The notes under the pieces were generated by a model, which was given only the letters and a program-made list of their open reading frames with translations, had not been told where the DNA came from and made no database searches. DNA of 64,000 bases from Mytilus californianus (lineage: Eukaryota): the NCBI RefSeq assembly GCF_021869535.1, contig NW_026262723.1, positions 80,042,001 to 80,106,000 of the forward strand. Reading direction: 5' to 3'. A program made the translations under genes and the position numbers. Below, in pieces: positions 52,395 through 64,000 of the stretch; position 1 is the stretch's first letter, and the number at the start of each line of letters is the position of its first letter.

Positions 52395-53455
52395 CTTTAA
52401 GAAGCTTTTTCATCAGAGGTATCTTTCCATTAACAATCCAAACTTTTCTGATTGGGTTCCATTAATATATCCTCCAGAACTAAAATTAAAGAAACCACAG
52501 ACACGGCTTCCTCTGCCTCATTTTAGACTATACCTCGAATTTGACTTCAGTGGTCATTTCAGTACCAGAATCTATGACAAACGAGAGATTTTAATTTTGA
52601 AATTATAAATTTCCCCCACCTTGGCAGCAATATACTAGCTTCACCTGCATTAGGATATACATTTACCCAACTCATTCGGTATTCAAGAGCTTGCAGCTGC
52701 TACTCAGATTTTATAAAACATCACCAGTGTTTGAGCAGAAAGTTGATGAACCAGGGTTATGTCAAAGAACGTCTCGTACTTTTTCAAAAAAAAAATCATC
52801 GGAAGATACCAAGACCTTGTTGACAAATATTCCGTAGCAACTTCACAAATAATACATGATGGTCTTAAAGTATAGGTTATAGTAACTGACGTTGTGTATC
52901 ATCTAAATCACGTGTTATAGTGTTTATTTGTCTTTGTATATATTAACTTTTACTGTTTAGTCCATTTTTGGTATATACTTTTGGTGTGGCTAGGTATTTA
53001 TACATCCCGCCATTGTGTTATTGTGATATGGTCATTTTTGTATTCTTGTCTTTCATTTTTGCTTATGTACTTTGTATATAGAGTGTCTATATTCCATTTT
53101 GTTTTTATTTGTTTAAATAGTTATTTGTTTTATAGTGATTAAGATTATAACACAATGTTGACTGCTGTACCCCAATTTTTGACATTTTTACCTATTATGT
53201 CTGTTTGTTTTGTTCACACATTGTTGTCAATATAGTGGAATGCTATATGACTGTCATAAAAGTGAGAGGTTAAGCTAGCTATAAAACCAGGTTTGCTCTA
53301 CCATTTTCTACATAAGGAAATGCCTGTACCAAGTAAGGAATATGACAGTTGTTTTCGATTCGTTTGATCTTTTGATTTTGCCATTTGATAAGGAACTTTC
53401 CGTTTTGAATTTTCCATGGAATTTGGTATTTTTGATATTTTACCTTTTTCCCCAA
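52395..53455 (+). mobile_element. Naiad-type element 3' part (RT C-terminus, 3' UTR ending in repeat family A)
   Basis: LSINNPNFSDWVPLIYPPEL...ASFLDLYLEFD...STRIYDKR...QLIRYSRACSC remnants with frameshifts. Confidence 0.8.
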
Positions 53456-54739
53456 TAAGACATCTGCAAAAAAAGAAGTACCAAAAAGCAGATTTAGTTG
53501 AGAGTGTCAAAATTGTCACTTATGATTATAATGGTATACATTCTAAAATAGATAACGTTGTCCTACTAATATAATATTCATGCAACAATAGTTCGATTTG
53601 TGGGAGCCCCCAATATTATTGATCATCTGAGAAGGATGCATTCACATTATGAAATGTGAGAAACCAGTTTCACAGCATCTTCGTTTGCTAGCCTGTGATA
53701 CAGATTTGTCAATACCAGAGGACCTTCTTATCTTGTATAGGTATGGGAAGTTTTCACATGAGAATTAAGTACCTAGAAATATTTAGGATATTTACAGAAT
53801 TCACTCAGGTTTGATCTGTTAAAGTTGTTTCTAAGTTATGAACCACTGTCAACCAAACTGAAGGTAGCTTTTCTCTAGGGTATATATTATAAAGGTTGTG
53901 AATTGTATTCCCGACAATCAACAAACATGGCTAAACATAAATCATATATGGGTAAAATGCAGTTTTTTTTGGTCTGTATATCAATAAATAGCAGTTATAG
54001 ACAGGGTTGAAGTGATCAACAGGTCAAGATATATCTGTACTGAAATTTTCAGACCAAGCGAACAACCCATTGAGTTGTGACTCTTACTGCATTGCAAATT
54101 TTTATGAAATTTCAGTTTTTGGTTATTATGAACATGACTACATTTATGAATAAAGAGAAACTGTAAACAGCAAAAGTTTTCAGCAAAGTAAGATCTACAA
54201 ATAATTCAACATGACCAAAATAGTCAATTGACCCCTTAAGGAGTGTCCTTGAAAGACAATTTTTCCTTAATAATCATAAACTTTTATTAAAATATTCTCC
54301 CCTGAAAATAAAAAGACCAATTTCAACTAATTTTTGGCTGAATGATACTTAGGAATCTAGTATAAAGTTTGTGATTTTTATTCTTGTCTTGACAGACAAG
54401 AATATTAAAATGACAAACAGGTCAAGATATATCTGCCTGGACATTTTCAGACAACCCATTGTGGGGTAATTGCACATTAAATGTCAATTTTTCAAGAAGT
54501 TCCGAGTTTTGGGTTATTATCTTCATTCTTGAATATTATAATAAATAAAGAGAATCTATAAACAGCAAAAATCTTCACATTTATGTAATATATTGCTTAC
54601 ATGTGATCCTATCATGATGTTTGAATTACATTTTAGATGATGTCCCGAAACGAGGAATTGAAGACATGGGATCAAAAAGTATCAAGGGCTTATATCCTAA
54701 TGAAAATAAATTTCTGTTAATTCAAACATTCCCGTTTGA

Positions 54740-54910
54740 ATGGTTTTACACTAGTAATTTTTGGTGCCTTTTATAGCTTGCTGTTCGGTGTGAGCCAAGG
54801 CTCCGTGTTGAAGACCGTACTTTGACCTATAATGGTTTACTTTAATAAATTTTGACTTGGATGGAGAGTTGTCTCATTGGCACTCATACCACATCTTCTT
54901 ATATCTATTG
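54740..54910 (+). repeat. Dispersed repeat family B
   Basis: Nearly identical to 41040-41210. Confidence 0.8.
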
Positions 54911-56789
54911 TAATAAAGCTAATAATTTGTACATTGCCAAATGTCCTTTACGTTTCTACGAAACATTACAATGGCTATATGGAAGCAGAAAATTCATTTT
55001 TGTTGTTTAATATCAATGTTATTTACAGTATTGCGAAGTATTCATTTAATTTCAGTATTGAAAACTATTCTATTCCTGACCAAGCAACATTGATAACTTG
55101 TGAACAATACTGTGTTGTTTTCATCTATCTCTTTGAATATTTTTAAAGATTCAGTCCACAACATTTAAGAATGATCATATGTTTTTGGTTCATAATTTTT
55201 TTTAAAACGCAATCATGTGGTAATGAATTAATTTGGATGTAACTGAGCTTTGATTGGACGAACAATTTTAAATTATAACTCAATAAACAACATTTTTATG
55301 TGATCTCAAGTTTTGAGGAGATAATGGGAAATTTTTTTAGTATAACAAGTTTTGAGAAAGCATATGTGGATCAATTTATAAGCAATGATTATAATATTTC
55401 GTACCATATATTATTATCTCTAAAATATTACGACCATTTCCTCACCTCATTGTGTAAAGAGCAGCTACGGAAGTGTGTCTACCATGTTTATCCTTTCATT
55501 TAAAAAAACTGGACAAAATATTATGATCTTTCCTTGTAATTTATCTCAAATATGATTTTTCAATGTGCTAATCAATTTTATTGAAAACGAATAGGATGAA
55601 TATTCAAAATATTCCCTAGGCTGATGAACATATGAGGTGAATTCACACTAAATATTTGTGTATTGCAATATAAATTAAAATGCAAGTCTAATCAAAATTG
55701 ATGTTATTTTCAAAATTAGTTTGTCAATCTATAACTTGTTCATGCAAGTTTATTTATATTCTTTGCTAATTGTTTTACTATTTTTAAATGTGTCCTATAT
55801 AATCATGATAATTGGGTTTTTTTTTACAATTGAAGGTAACGTGCTGAAGAAATAAAGACAAAGACAATATTAGAATACAATATATATTTCTCTGACTTTC
55901 CGTTATATTTCTTTCTTTATGTAATATAAGTAAATTTTGTTTATTGTTCTTGCTTTTTAGGCCGCCGTCGCCGACGAAAGAGGCACTAAGGTTGACCTGT
56001 GTCCGTCTGTACATACGTAATACATCAATGAAAATGTTATGGTTTTCTGACAATAAGCTTTAATTATGTATTTATCAATAAAATAAATACTACAATGTGT
56101 ACTGTAAATTGCATTGCCTGCCTCTGAAATGTTTTTGTGCTTTTGAATGCATTAGTATGTCAATAAAAGGTATTTTGCATTAGTATGTCAATAAAAGTTA
56201 TTTAAATAGATATCCATGACAAAACACATAATATGGGTCAAAATAAAATTTTCATCCAAAAATCTTGAAAATTAGAATTGAGTCCAAAAGTTAAATAGTC
56301 AGTTATTATATCAAATTTATATTTATAAAACAGATGTTGAAGAGAAAAACGATATCAAATACATGTTTATGAGACAATCTAAAATAAAAACCGCTTAAAA
56401 CTTGGATTTTAAAACATAAGCAACGAATATTTACCCGTTTAACACTATAGTCATATCACTAAAATTAGAAAACTCATTACCACTACACTTATGTTATTGA
56501 TATTATACTATTGTACTTATAAAAAGTGACATGAATAGTCCTTCAACCTATTTATATATCTCTTATTTTGTTGTTCAACGTCATATCTTGTTCCCACAAC
56601 AACATAGAATCTAAATTTCTTCCAAATCACTTTGTGTAACAATGCTCAAATTTGAACAATTAATATCAAGACACTCGCCACAACTAACAGAACAGTCAAT
56701 TCTATGTTTTTGGCACGAACATCTTCTTGGATCATAATTCTATTTGCCACCAGTTTTTGGCGGGGGCTGTATAAATGTAAATATTTTCC

Positions 56790-57495
56790 ACATCGATAAC
56801 GAAATGCCTGTACCAAGTCAAAAACATGACAGTTTTCCATTCGTTTGAGCTTTTGAGTTTGCCATTTGATAAGGGACTTTCCATTTTGAATTTTCCTTGC
56901 AGCTCGGTATTTTTGTTAATTTACTTTTTGCCCAATGATGGACTGGGGTATAGAAATATGGTCGCCTAGACTATTGAGCTTTCCGCCACTAAACACTTTG
57001 CTAAAACTCGATTACCATTTGGCTGTTCTGGATGTATAAATACGCAGCCATGTCCGGTCGGATTTGGGTCTTAAACCGACGTCTTGTTTTGGGCGAGTGC
57101 CAGTCTATAAAGGACGTAAAAGACCACTTGTAACAACTCCCCGAGAGGTCCTTCGGTGGCTTGTTGTTGAGCAAAATTTCAGCTTTTTTCCAACAGACCC
57201 TTACATTTAGTGGCAGCTGAAATTTCTCGCACTTCATCCCGACCAAACTATTATACTTTTGTTAAATTGGTCTCATTCTGAATATACATGAACTAAATGC
57301 AATTTCACATTTAGTAAGCAATAGGTTTAATCAAGCATTTTCTACATAAGAAAATGCCTGTACCAATTCAAGAATATAGCAGTTGTTTTCTATTCGTTTG
57401 GTGTGTTTGTGCTTTTGATTTTGCCATTTGATAAGGGACTTTCCGATTTGAACTTTCCTTGGGGTTCGGTATTTTTGTTATTTTACTTTTCTCTT
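56790..57495 (+). repeat. Two family A tails (56790-56930 and 57340-57495)
   Basis: AAATGCCTGTACCAA...GACAGTTGTTT...TTGCCATTTGATAAGGGACTTTCC shared with 53320-53455. Confidence 0.7.
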
Positions 57496-59679
57496 TCACA
57501 TGTTTAAGTATATATTTAAAACGTTTATTGGTAAACAGTATACCAGTATGATTGGTGAGTCTTAACAGACAGCCATTTCACAAAAATATTAACGGCCATC
57601 GTAAAGACTCAGTATAAATGTAAACCAGACCTTCATGTTAGTTGACGTTTGGGATCCCCTGACGACACTATGGCAGACTTTAAACGACTGACCGACTACT
57701 ACCATCACTGACCACAACACTGCTTGGTCAAGGGAGGAGAAAAACCACTCAGGAATGATTATAAATAAGAAAATTAAAAACTTTGGCACCAAATCGGCTC
57801 AATGAAAGGTATAGTTCAAATAGCGCAGTGGTAACCACCGCAGCTGGATGTGTTAGTTCCATAAATATCCGCGGCCTCTGTTGTAAATGCGTGAAATTTT
57901 TGAATTATACAATTGTCGTTCAGTTGTTAATTTTTATTACTTTCAAGATTGTTTTAATAAAATCGGATTCTAATATGACGTCCTTATTTCGATTTGTAAA
58001 CCGTGTTCTAATTAGCACAAAATATATTTGACACATGTGCACAAACTTACTGTTTAAATTCTTGTTATTTTCATTTGTATCCTAATAAAAATATATATTT
58101 TAGCAGCTTACATAAAATTTATTGTATATTGTTATTCAAACAACATATACTTACCCTGCAATTAGTTTTTAAACTTATTAAATATGAAAATGTAATGTAC
58201 ATACTTCATGGGGAGGAAACGGGTACAGCCAAACATTTGTAAGGTATTTTTGTACGCTTTGACCAATAAAAATATCGTTTTTTGTCCTTTTAGAATCAAA
58301 ATAATTCCTTCATGTCATGCTCTATGCTCATTTTGACATGGGTAGGTATTAAATTTGTCGATATTTTACACTGAGCGCTTATTTCGTAATTAGATTGAGG
58401 ACGACCCGCTACTCCTGAACCCTATTGGTTCGACACCCCATAAGTCGTACAACCCAATAGTGCGACACCCTTATAGTCCGACATATGTGCAGATCGTATT
58501 TGTAAATCTAATTCATAGAATCGGTAAACGTGGTATTTGAACTTGTGTCTTCTATCCCTTGTGAGTATAAATAATTAAATGGAACAGACAACATTTCCCG
58601 TCTGGTAAGAAAGAAACACCATGATCCTTTAAGGTAGATAGGGGTCTTAATTGATATCCATAGAATTTTTTAATACTTTGTCAAAATGTAGTTTATATCA
58701 GGCTTTTTTTCAAAAATATAATAAAAAGTATGGGTCACCGCGCTTTTTTTCACGCTACAGGTTGTGCAAAATTGTCAGATTTTGTATAGATTATGCATGG
58801 AAAACACAATTTTGTGTAATAAAAAGAATATTACAGCATAAGATGAAATATGAGAAGATAGCTCTAATAATATGCTTTCAGATAAGAAAAAGAAATAATC
58901 GGGTCACCGGACTCGTTTTCTTGCTACATAATAAAATAGGTAAATTCACAACACATTCTATTACAAAAGTTACTTTATCTGAGTTATCTCCCCTTATGTG
59001 GTAAATTTGAAAAAAAAAAATGAATCAAACAAAAACATTCTGTTTTTTGTAAAATACAGCCATAAATATGATAAAACCCATAATTTTCTATAGTGACATG
59101 AAAAGTCTTACACATGAATTACATACTACTCTCGAAATTTGCACATTTCATTAAAGATATAGACCGATTGTTATCTGCTATTACAATACCAAGATGGAGG
59201 AAGACACCGATTGATTGCTGTTTGCTTTAGGCTCAGTTGCAAATATTTAATGCATATTCAGGACGAGTAATAAATTAACAACAGTAAAATTTAACGACAC
59301 TATTAAACAACTGGGTTCTGATGTATATGAGAAATCACTTCAATTTGAGATTTTTTGAAACTGGTCTGTATGAAGAACGTTATTTGTCAAACGTAATAAC
59401 GCTATGATATAAAGTCAATGAAACAAAAACACTGTAAACAAAACATATAATTCATTACCCAAATACAACTTCAATTTTGTAAAACCAACTTCCAATTTAA
59501 TCAAAATGGAGCAATAAATGGTAGGTGCACTAATCTTAATGTTAAAAACTCGGCTTTCCTTTGTGAACACGTAGCCAGTCCGCAGATAACTAGACAAGGT
59601 AAGCAAAACTATTATATGTTTCGATTTCAAAGGTTCTTAATTTTGGTCATAAAATTTTTTCAACTTTTCAAAATAAGTC

Positions 59680-61375
59680 TGAATATAACGAATGTCTTTT
59701 CTAATCAAATTATAAATACCAAAGTCGAATAAATGTGACTAGTTTGAAATGATTTAGCATTAGACGAAATATTTATTAATAACAAATATGAAATTTTGAG
59801 TTTAAAAAGGGGAGCTAACGCCCCATTCTGCTACTGGAGGTTTATGCGATTCCAATTGGAGACAAATCGTGTTAATTTTTCCTTATAAACATTTACCTGC
59901 TGCTATTTAATCCCCTTGTGATGGAAATATTATTTTTACTTACAGGTACATCTGAAGGAGAATACATTTATTGTAGGTTGGTTCGATTACAATGAGAGAC
60001 AACTCGTGTACTTTTTACCATATTTACATTATCTGTCGTTATTCAATATTGTCCGTATTGATTACAGTGGTCCGACATAACAATTGGTATGTCATTCATG
60101 TCCACATTTACCGGTAAACTATAAGCACATCAAATGTATTTGAAATCAAGAAGAATCCTCGGACATTCCGGTAAATATAAGAGGCATTAAAGAAACAGAT
60201 GAGATGGACATCAAGATATGTCACGCAAAGCGTTTCAGAAGGTAAAATACCTGTGGAAGAACAAAAAAAGGAATCGTCACACAGAGGTGCCTGAGTCAGG
60301 GGAAGACAGCATGATAAAACTGATTCCATTAGTAGATGATTCGTGTGACTGTTAGTAAGGTTTGGATAATGCATCTGAAGAAGCTGATATAAGTCTACAC
60401 CACAAATGATGTCATCCAACAGTGAGTTGTAAAAAAAACTTATTTATCAGATGAATAAGACAAAGGAGTTTACTTTCATTCTTCACAAATGAATGTAGAA
60501 TACCAAAAAAATGTTTATGTTTGATAAATATGAAAAACATGTCTGAAAATGAATAAATGTCTTTTCTAATCAAATTATAAATACCAAGGTCGAGTGATGA
60601 TCAGCATTAGACAAAATATTTATTAACAAATATGAAAATGGGAGTTAACGCTCCATTCTGCTACAGTAGGATTGTTTGATTCCAATGTGAGACAACTCTT
60701 CTTTTTTTCTTTATTATCATTTATCTGCTGTAATTTAATCCCCTGGTGATTGAAGTTTTATTTTTACTATCAGGTACATAAGAAGTCTTTTTCTCAAGGA
60801 AAATACATTTATTGTAGGTAGGTTCGCTTACAATGGGAGACAACTTATGTACTCTTAACAATATTAACATTTACATGCTGTTATTAAATCCATCCCTTGG
60901 TGATGGCAAAATTATTTTTACTAACAGGTACATGGAAAACAACTCGTGTACTATTTTTCCTATTAACATTTTTCTGCTGTTATTTAATCCCCTGGTGATG
61001 GAAGTATTAATTTTACTTATAGGTACATCAGAAGTCTTCGTCATTTATTTTTGTCGGTTCTTATTTTCATGGATATTTAGTTACCTCGGTCCAGCTTTTA
61101 ATTTTGTTGTGTAAACTGAATCATTTTTGTTTAAAGGTTAAGATGAACCTTTATACATATATATTTATCAAGAGGTCTATGATCTAGAAAAGAACTCAAC
61201 AATCCTATGCGTTAGATGTAATGAATTATCTGAAACTACGTACAATATTGTCAGTGTTGATTACAGTGGTCAGATATAACAATTGGAATGTCATTAATGT
61301 CTACATTTACGGGTAAACTATAAGCACATCAAAGGTATTTTAAATAAAGAAGAATCATCAGACATTCCGGTAAAA
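59680..61375. repeat. Diverged local duplication (59680-60200 vs 60540-61375) with internal subrepeats
   Basis: Shared blocks ATGTCTTTTCTAATCAAATTATAAATACCAA, TTTAATCCCCTkGTGATGGAA and GTAAACTATAAGCACATCAAA. Confidence 0.8.
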
Positions 61376-61505
61376 ATCAGAGAACAACATGATATAACTC
61401 TTTTCTCGGGCCAGTGTTTGTTATGTGTCTGTTTTGTTTTACTAACGTCATTCTGTCGGCCTGTTCTATATAGTTTTTATAAGAATTCTTCGACTGCTTT
61501 ATAAA

Positions 61506-63520
61506 TTGTTTATACATTCCGTTTTTGTAATCCTTATTCAAGGTTATGACTTTCGGCCTCATTTAATTTTCTCATTACCCTTAATAAATCATGATTTTAC
61601 GAAATGGCAAGAAAATATACCACTACTTCAAAGGTATTCACGTGCTCCAAAAAACCTCATTCCAAATATAAATTCAACCGCCGTCAATCGAAATTCCCCT
61701 TCTAAATTAAGCACTTTTTACAACTGTGGCAATGGTGCTGCAGCCAGATCATTTAATAAAAATGCACGTGGATATCCACAAATATTCCCGTGCAATGCAA
61801 GAAAATGACTAACTTGCTCTAGATTATCTTCTAATAATGCTGTTAGGTCAACAGTGAACGGGAGTGCTTTTTCGCTTTCCTTTTCCTGTGACATTACATG
61901 AAAAACTCAAAGCCTCATTTATCTGTTTACTTAAACAAAGCCAAAGTGTGGTATACAATATGTAGGACAAACATGACGGGATTTTTTTAGACCAATACGG
62001 GAATATCTATACCGCTTCCGAAAACCTAAGAAATTCAAAAGTATAATTTACCAACATTTAGGTAAACACAATCACAATATTAAATTTATAAGATTTCAAC
62101 CACTCGAAACGATCCAGAAACAACAAGGGCAATCGCATAAACAATTTGAAGATTCCCGTAAAATTATCGAACTGTCTTGGATTAACCGACTGCAGACAGC
62201 ATATCCCCTGGGTCTAAATGACACTATACTGGGACAAGGAAACATATCTAAAACTTCTTCTATTGATATCATGAATATTGTTGATAAAAGACAATGTAAT
62301 AATAGGTCTCATGGCAAACGTATTAATCGAAATCAACGAATTAAACATCGTATAAATTATACACTTGATGATCTATCTATATTTAAAAACAATGGTAGGC
62401 ATCAATTATTATGTAAACTGGGTCAAATACCAATTAGTAAATTACATGATATTTTCAAGGAGTGTGACACAATCTCGTTCTTCAGCCCATTGTATTAATA
62501 TTCGCGTATAAATACAGCTTTTTGTCACCATAGGCTGTTCCTGCGTATCCATGAACCTGGAGATCATAAACGGCATTTTCTGAAAATAAAATATTTTAAC
62601 AGAGGTATCGATTTCATCAACTTATCGAGTATATTTAATGACTCTACCATTTAAAACTTTATACCTCCCTATTTTGATAACACAGAACCACCTATTATTT
62701 CGTATGCATACAAAAAACCAAGCAGAAGTTTAGTTTTTAATTATACGTCAGTTACATCAGACTTCAATATAGAAAATACTACTCCTCTAACTTGAGATTG
62801 TGATTCGTCGAATTTTAGATATGACCCCTATGGTCATGTTATTACGGGGGACCTCAATATCGTTCAAGACCAAGAGGTTAAAAACTTTTTGAAGAAAGGA
62901 CCAAAATTTCGTCTTCCATCTAAATTAGGTTGGAAACATTGTCGTCAGGTCACAAAAGACGCTCTTTCGTCGTATTGTCAAAATTGGTGTAAACGGGAAA
63001 AATCTAATAAACAAATCTCTTGATTCTTATTTGATTCAATGTATGAATGTTGTGGATATTCGAATATCACATTTTGAAAAAAAATACAGAAATAAATAAA
63101 AGAGTACATAATACGCCTATTTCTAGAATAAGAAACAAACTTCAAGTACTTTCAAAGCGGTTTGTGTTTGTACCGGCCGACAAAGCAACCAACAATGTGG
63201 TGGTGGTATGCCGTAAATACTACACGGACGTTCTTAAGAATGAGAAATTAAATTCTTCTACATTCAAGTCCGTATGCTCCACAGAGAGTCATATAGTAAA
63301 CAAACATATCATAACCACATCACAGCTTAAGGCCTCTTCTGAACATTTGAAGGTCCCTACTATGTATTGGTTACCTAAACTACACAATAAACCGTAAATT
63401 ATCGTTTAATCTCCGCCTCTAGTAAGTGTTCTACAACTAATCTTTCAGTGCTTTTAACTAGTTCCTTCACTACCATCAAAGAACATATCATTAACTTTTG
63501 TAATAAAATATATGAAATTA
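61506..63520 (+). mobile_element. Naiad Penelope-like element, 5' part: N-terminal GIY-YIG endonuclease, CxC linker and RT N-terminus, with TGA at Cys slots
   Basis: Single frame 61506-~63010: PCNARK*LTC...CDIT*KTQSLIYLFT*TKPKCGIQYVGQT...IELSWINRLQTAYPLGLND...T*DC...YDPYGHVITGDLNIV; then FVFVPADKATNN and YWLPKLH after frameshifts; 5' boundary uncertain. Confidence 0.85.
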
Positions 63521-63527
63521 AAGAACC

Positions 63528-64000
63528 TTTGTGAGCACGCTCACATACCCCACGCCCCCCATTGTCACTGGACAAACATAATCTCACCAGATTCATAAGT
63601 TCAAAGACTCATAACTCTACAAAAGTCAACTGATCATTAACTACAAAGTTTCATGAAATTCTGTTGTGTGGTTTCAGAGGAGTTGCTATTACAAACTGTT
63701 GCAGTAGTATATTTAGGCCAAAATTCTAAGTTCAAAGGGGCATAACTCCTAGAAAAAAATTCAATAGTAATTTCCTGTCGATATGCACATCTACATAGTA
63801 TGTCCTTACTATATACAAAGTTTCATGAAATTCTGTTGTGTGGTTTCAGAGAAGTTGCGATGACAAACTGTTGCAGTAGTATTATTAGGCCAAAATTCTA
63901 AGTTCAAAGGGACATAACTTTTAGAAAAAAAATTCCATCGTAATTTCCTGTCGATAGGCACATCTGCATAATATGTCCTTAATATCTACAAAGTTTCATG
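63528..64000. repeat. ~172-173 bp satellite array at the start of a Helentron/HINE-like element (runs off the window)
   Basis: TACAAAGTTTCATG at 63642, 63814 and 63987; preceded by the hairpin GTGAGC-AC-GCTCAC. Confidence 0.8.

Noticed and set aside
57001-57900. GC-richer ORFs (57001-57246, 57589-57792, 57783-58031) as coding sequence
   Set aside because: No recognisable motifs or splice-consistent structure; probably an old repeat fragment.

Overview
AT-rich eukaryotic (metazoan) genomic DNA; the repeat landscape and proteins point to a bivalve mollusc, probably a mussel (inference). Two spliced + strand host genes are supported: the last six exons of an M1 glutamyl-aminopeptidase-like gene (201-7457) and a five-coding-exon K50 paired-class homeobox gene, DMBX1 (43191-48077). 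Most of the remainder is transposon debris: many Penelope-like (Naiad-type) retroelement fragments, a gag-only Gypsy LTR element with a TIR transposon and a Naiad nested in it, other Gypsy remnants, Helentron-like satellite carriers, V-domain SINE pieces and degenerate hammerhead ribozymes. The top candidate is a selenoprotein-encoding Naiad retroelement system. One copy (61.5-63.5 kb) has in-frame TGA codons at conserved Cys slots of its N-terminal GIY-YIG region and CxC linker. A separate 3' copy (24.4-25.8 kb) has a type-II SECIS-like hairpin about 90 nt after its stop codon. The second candidate is a triplicated 42-bp exon/donor junction inside the DMBX1 homeobox. All calls were made by eye, without alignments or folding software.
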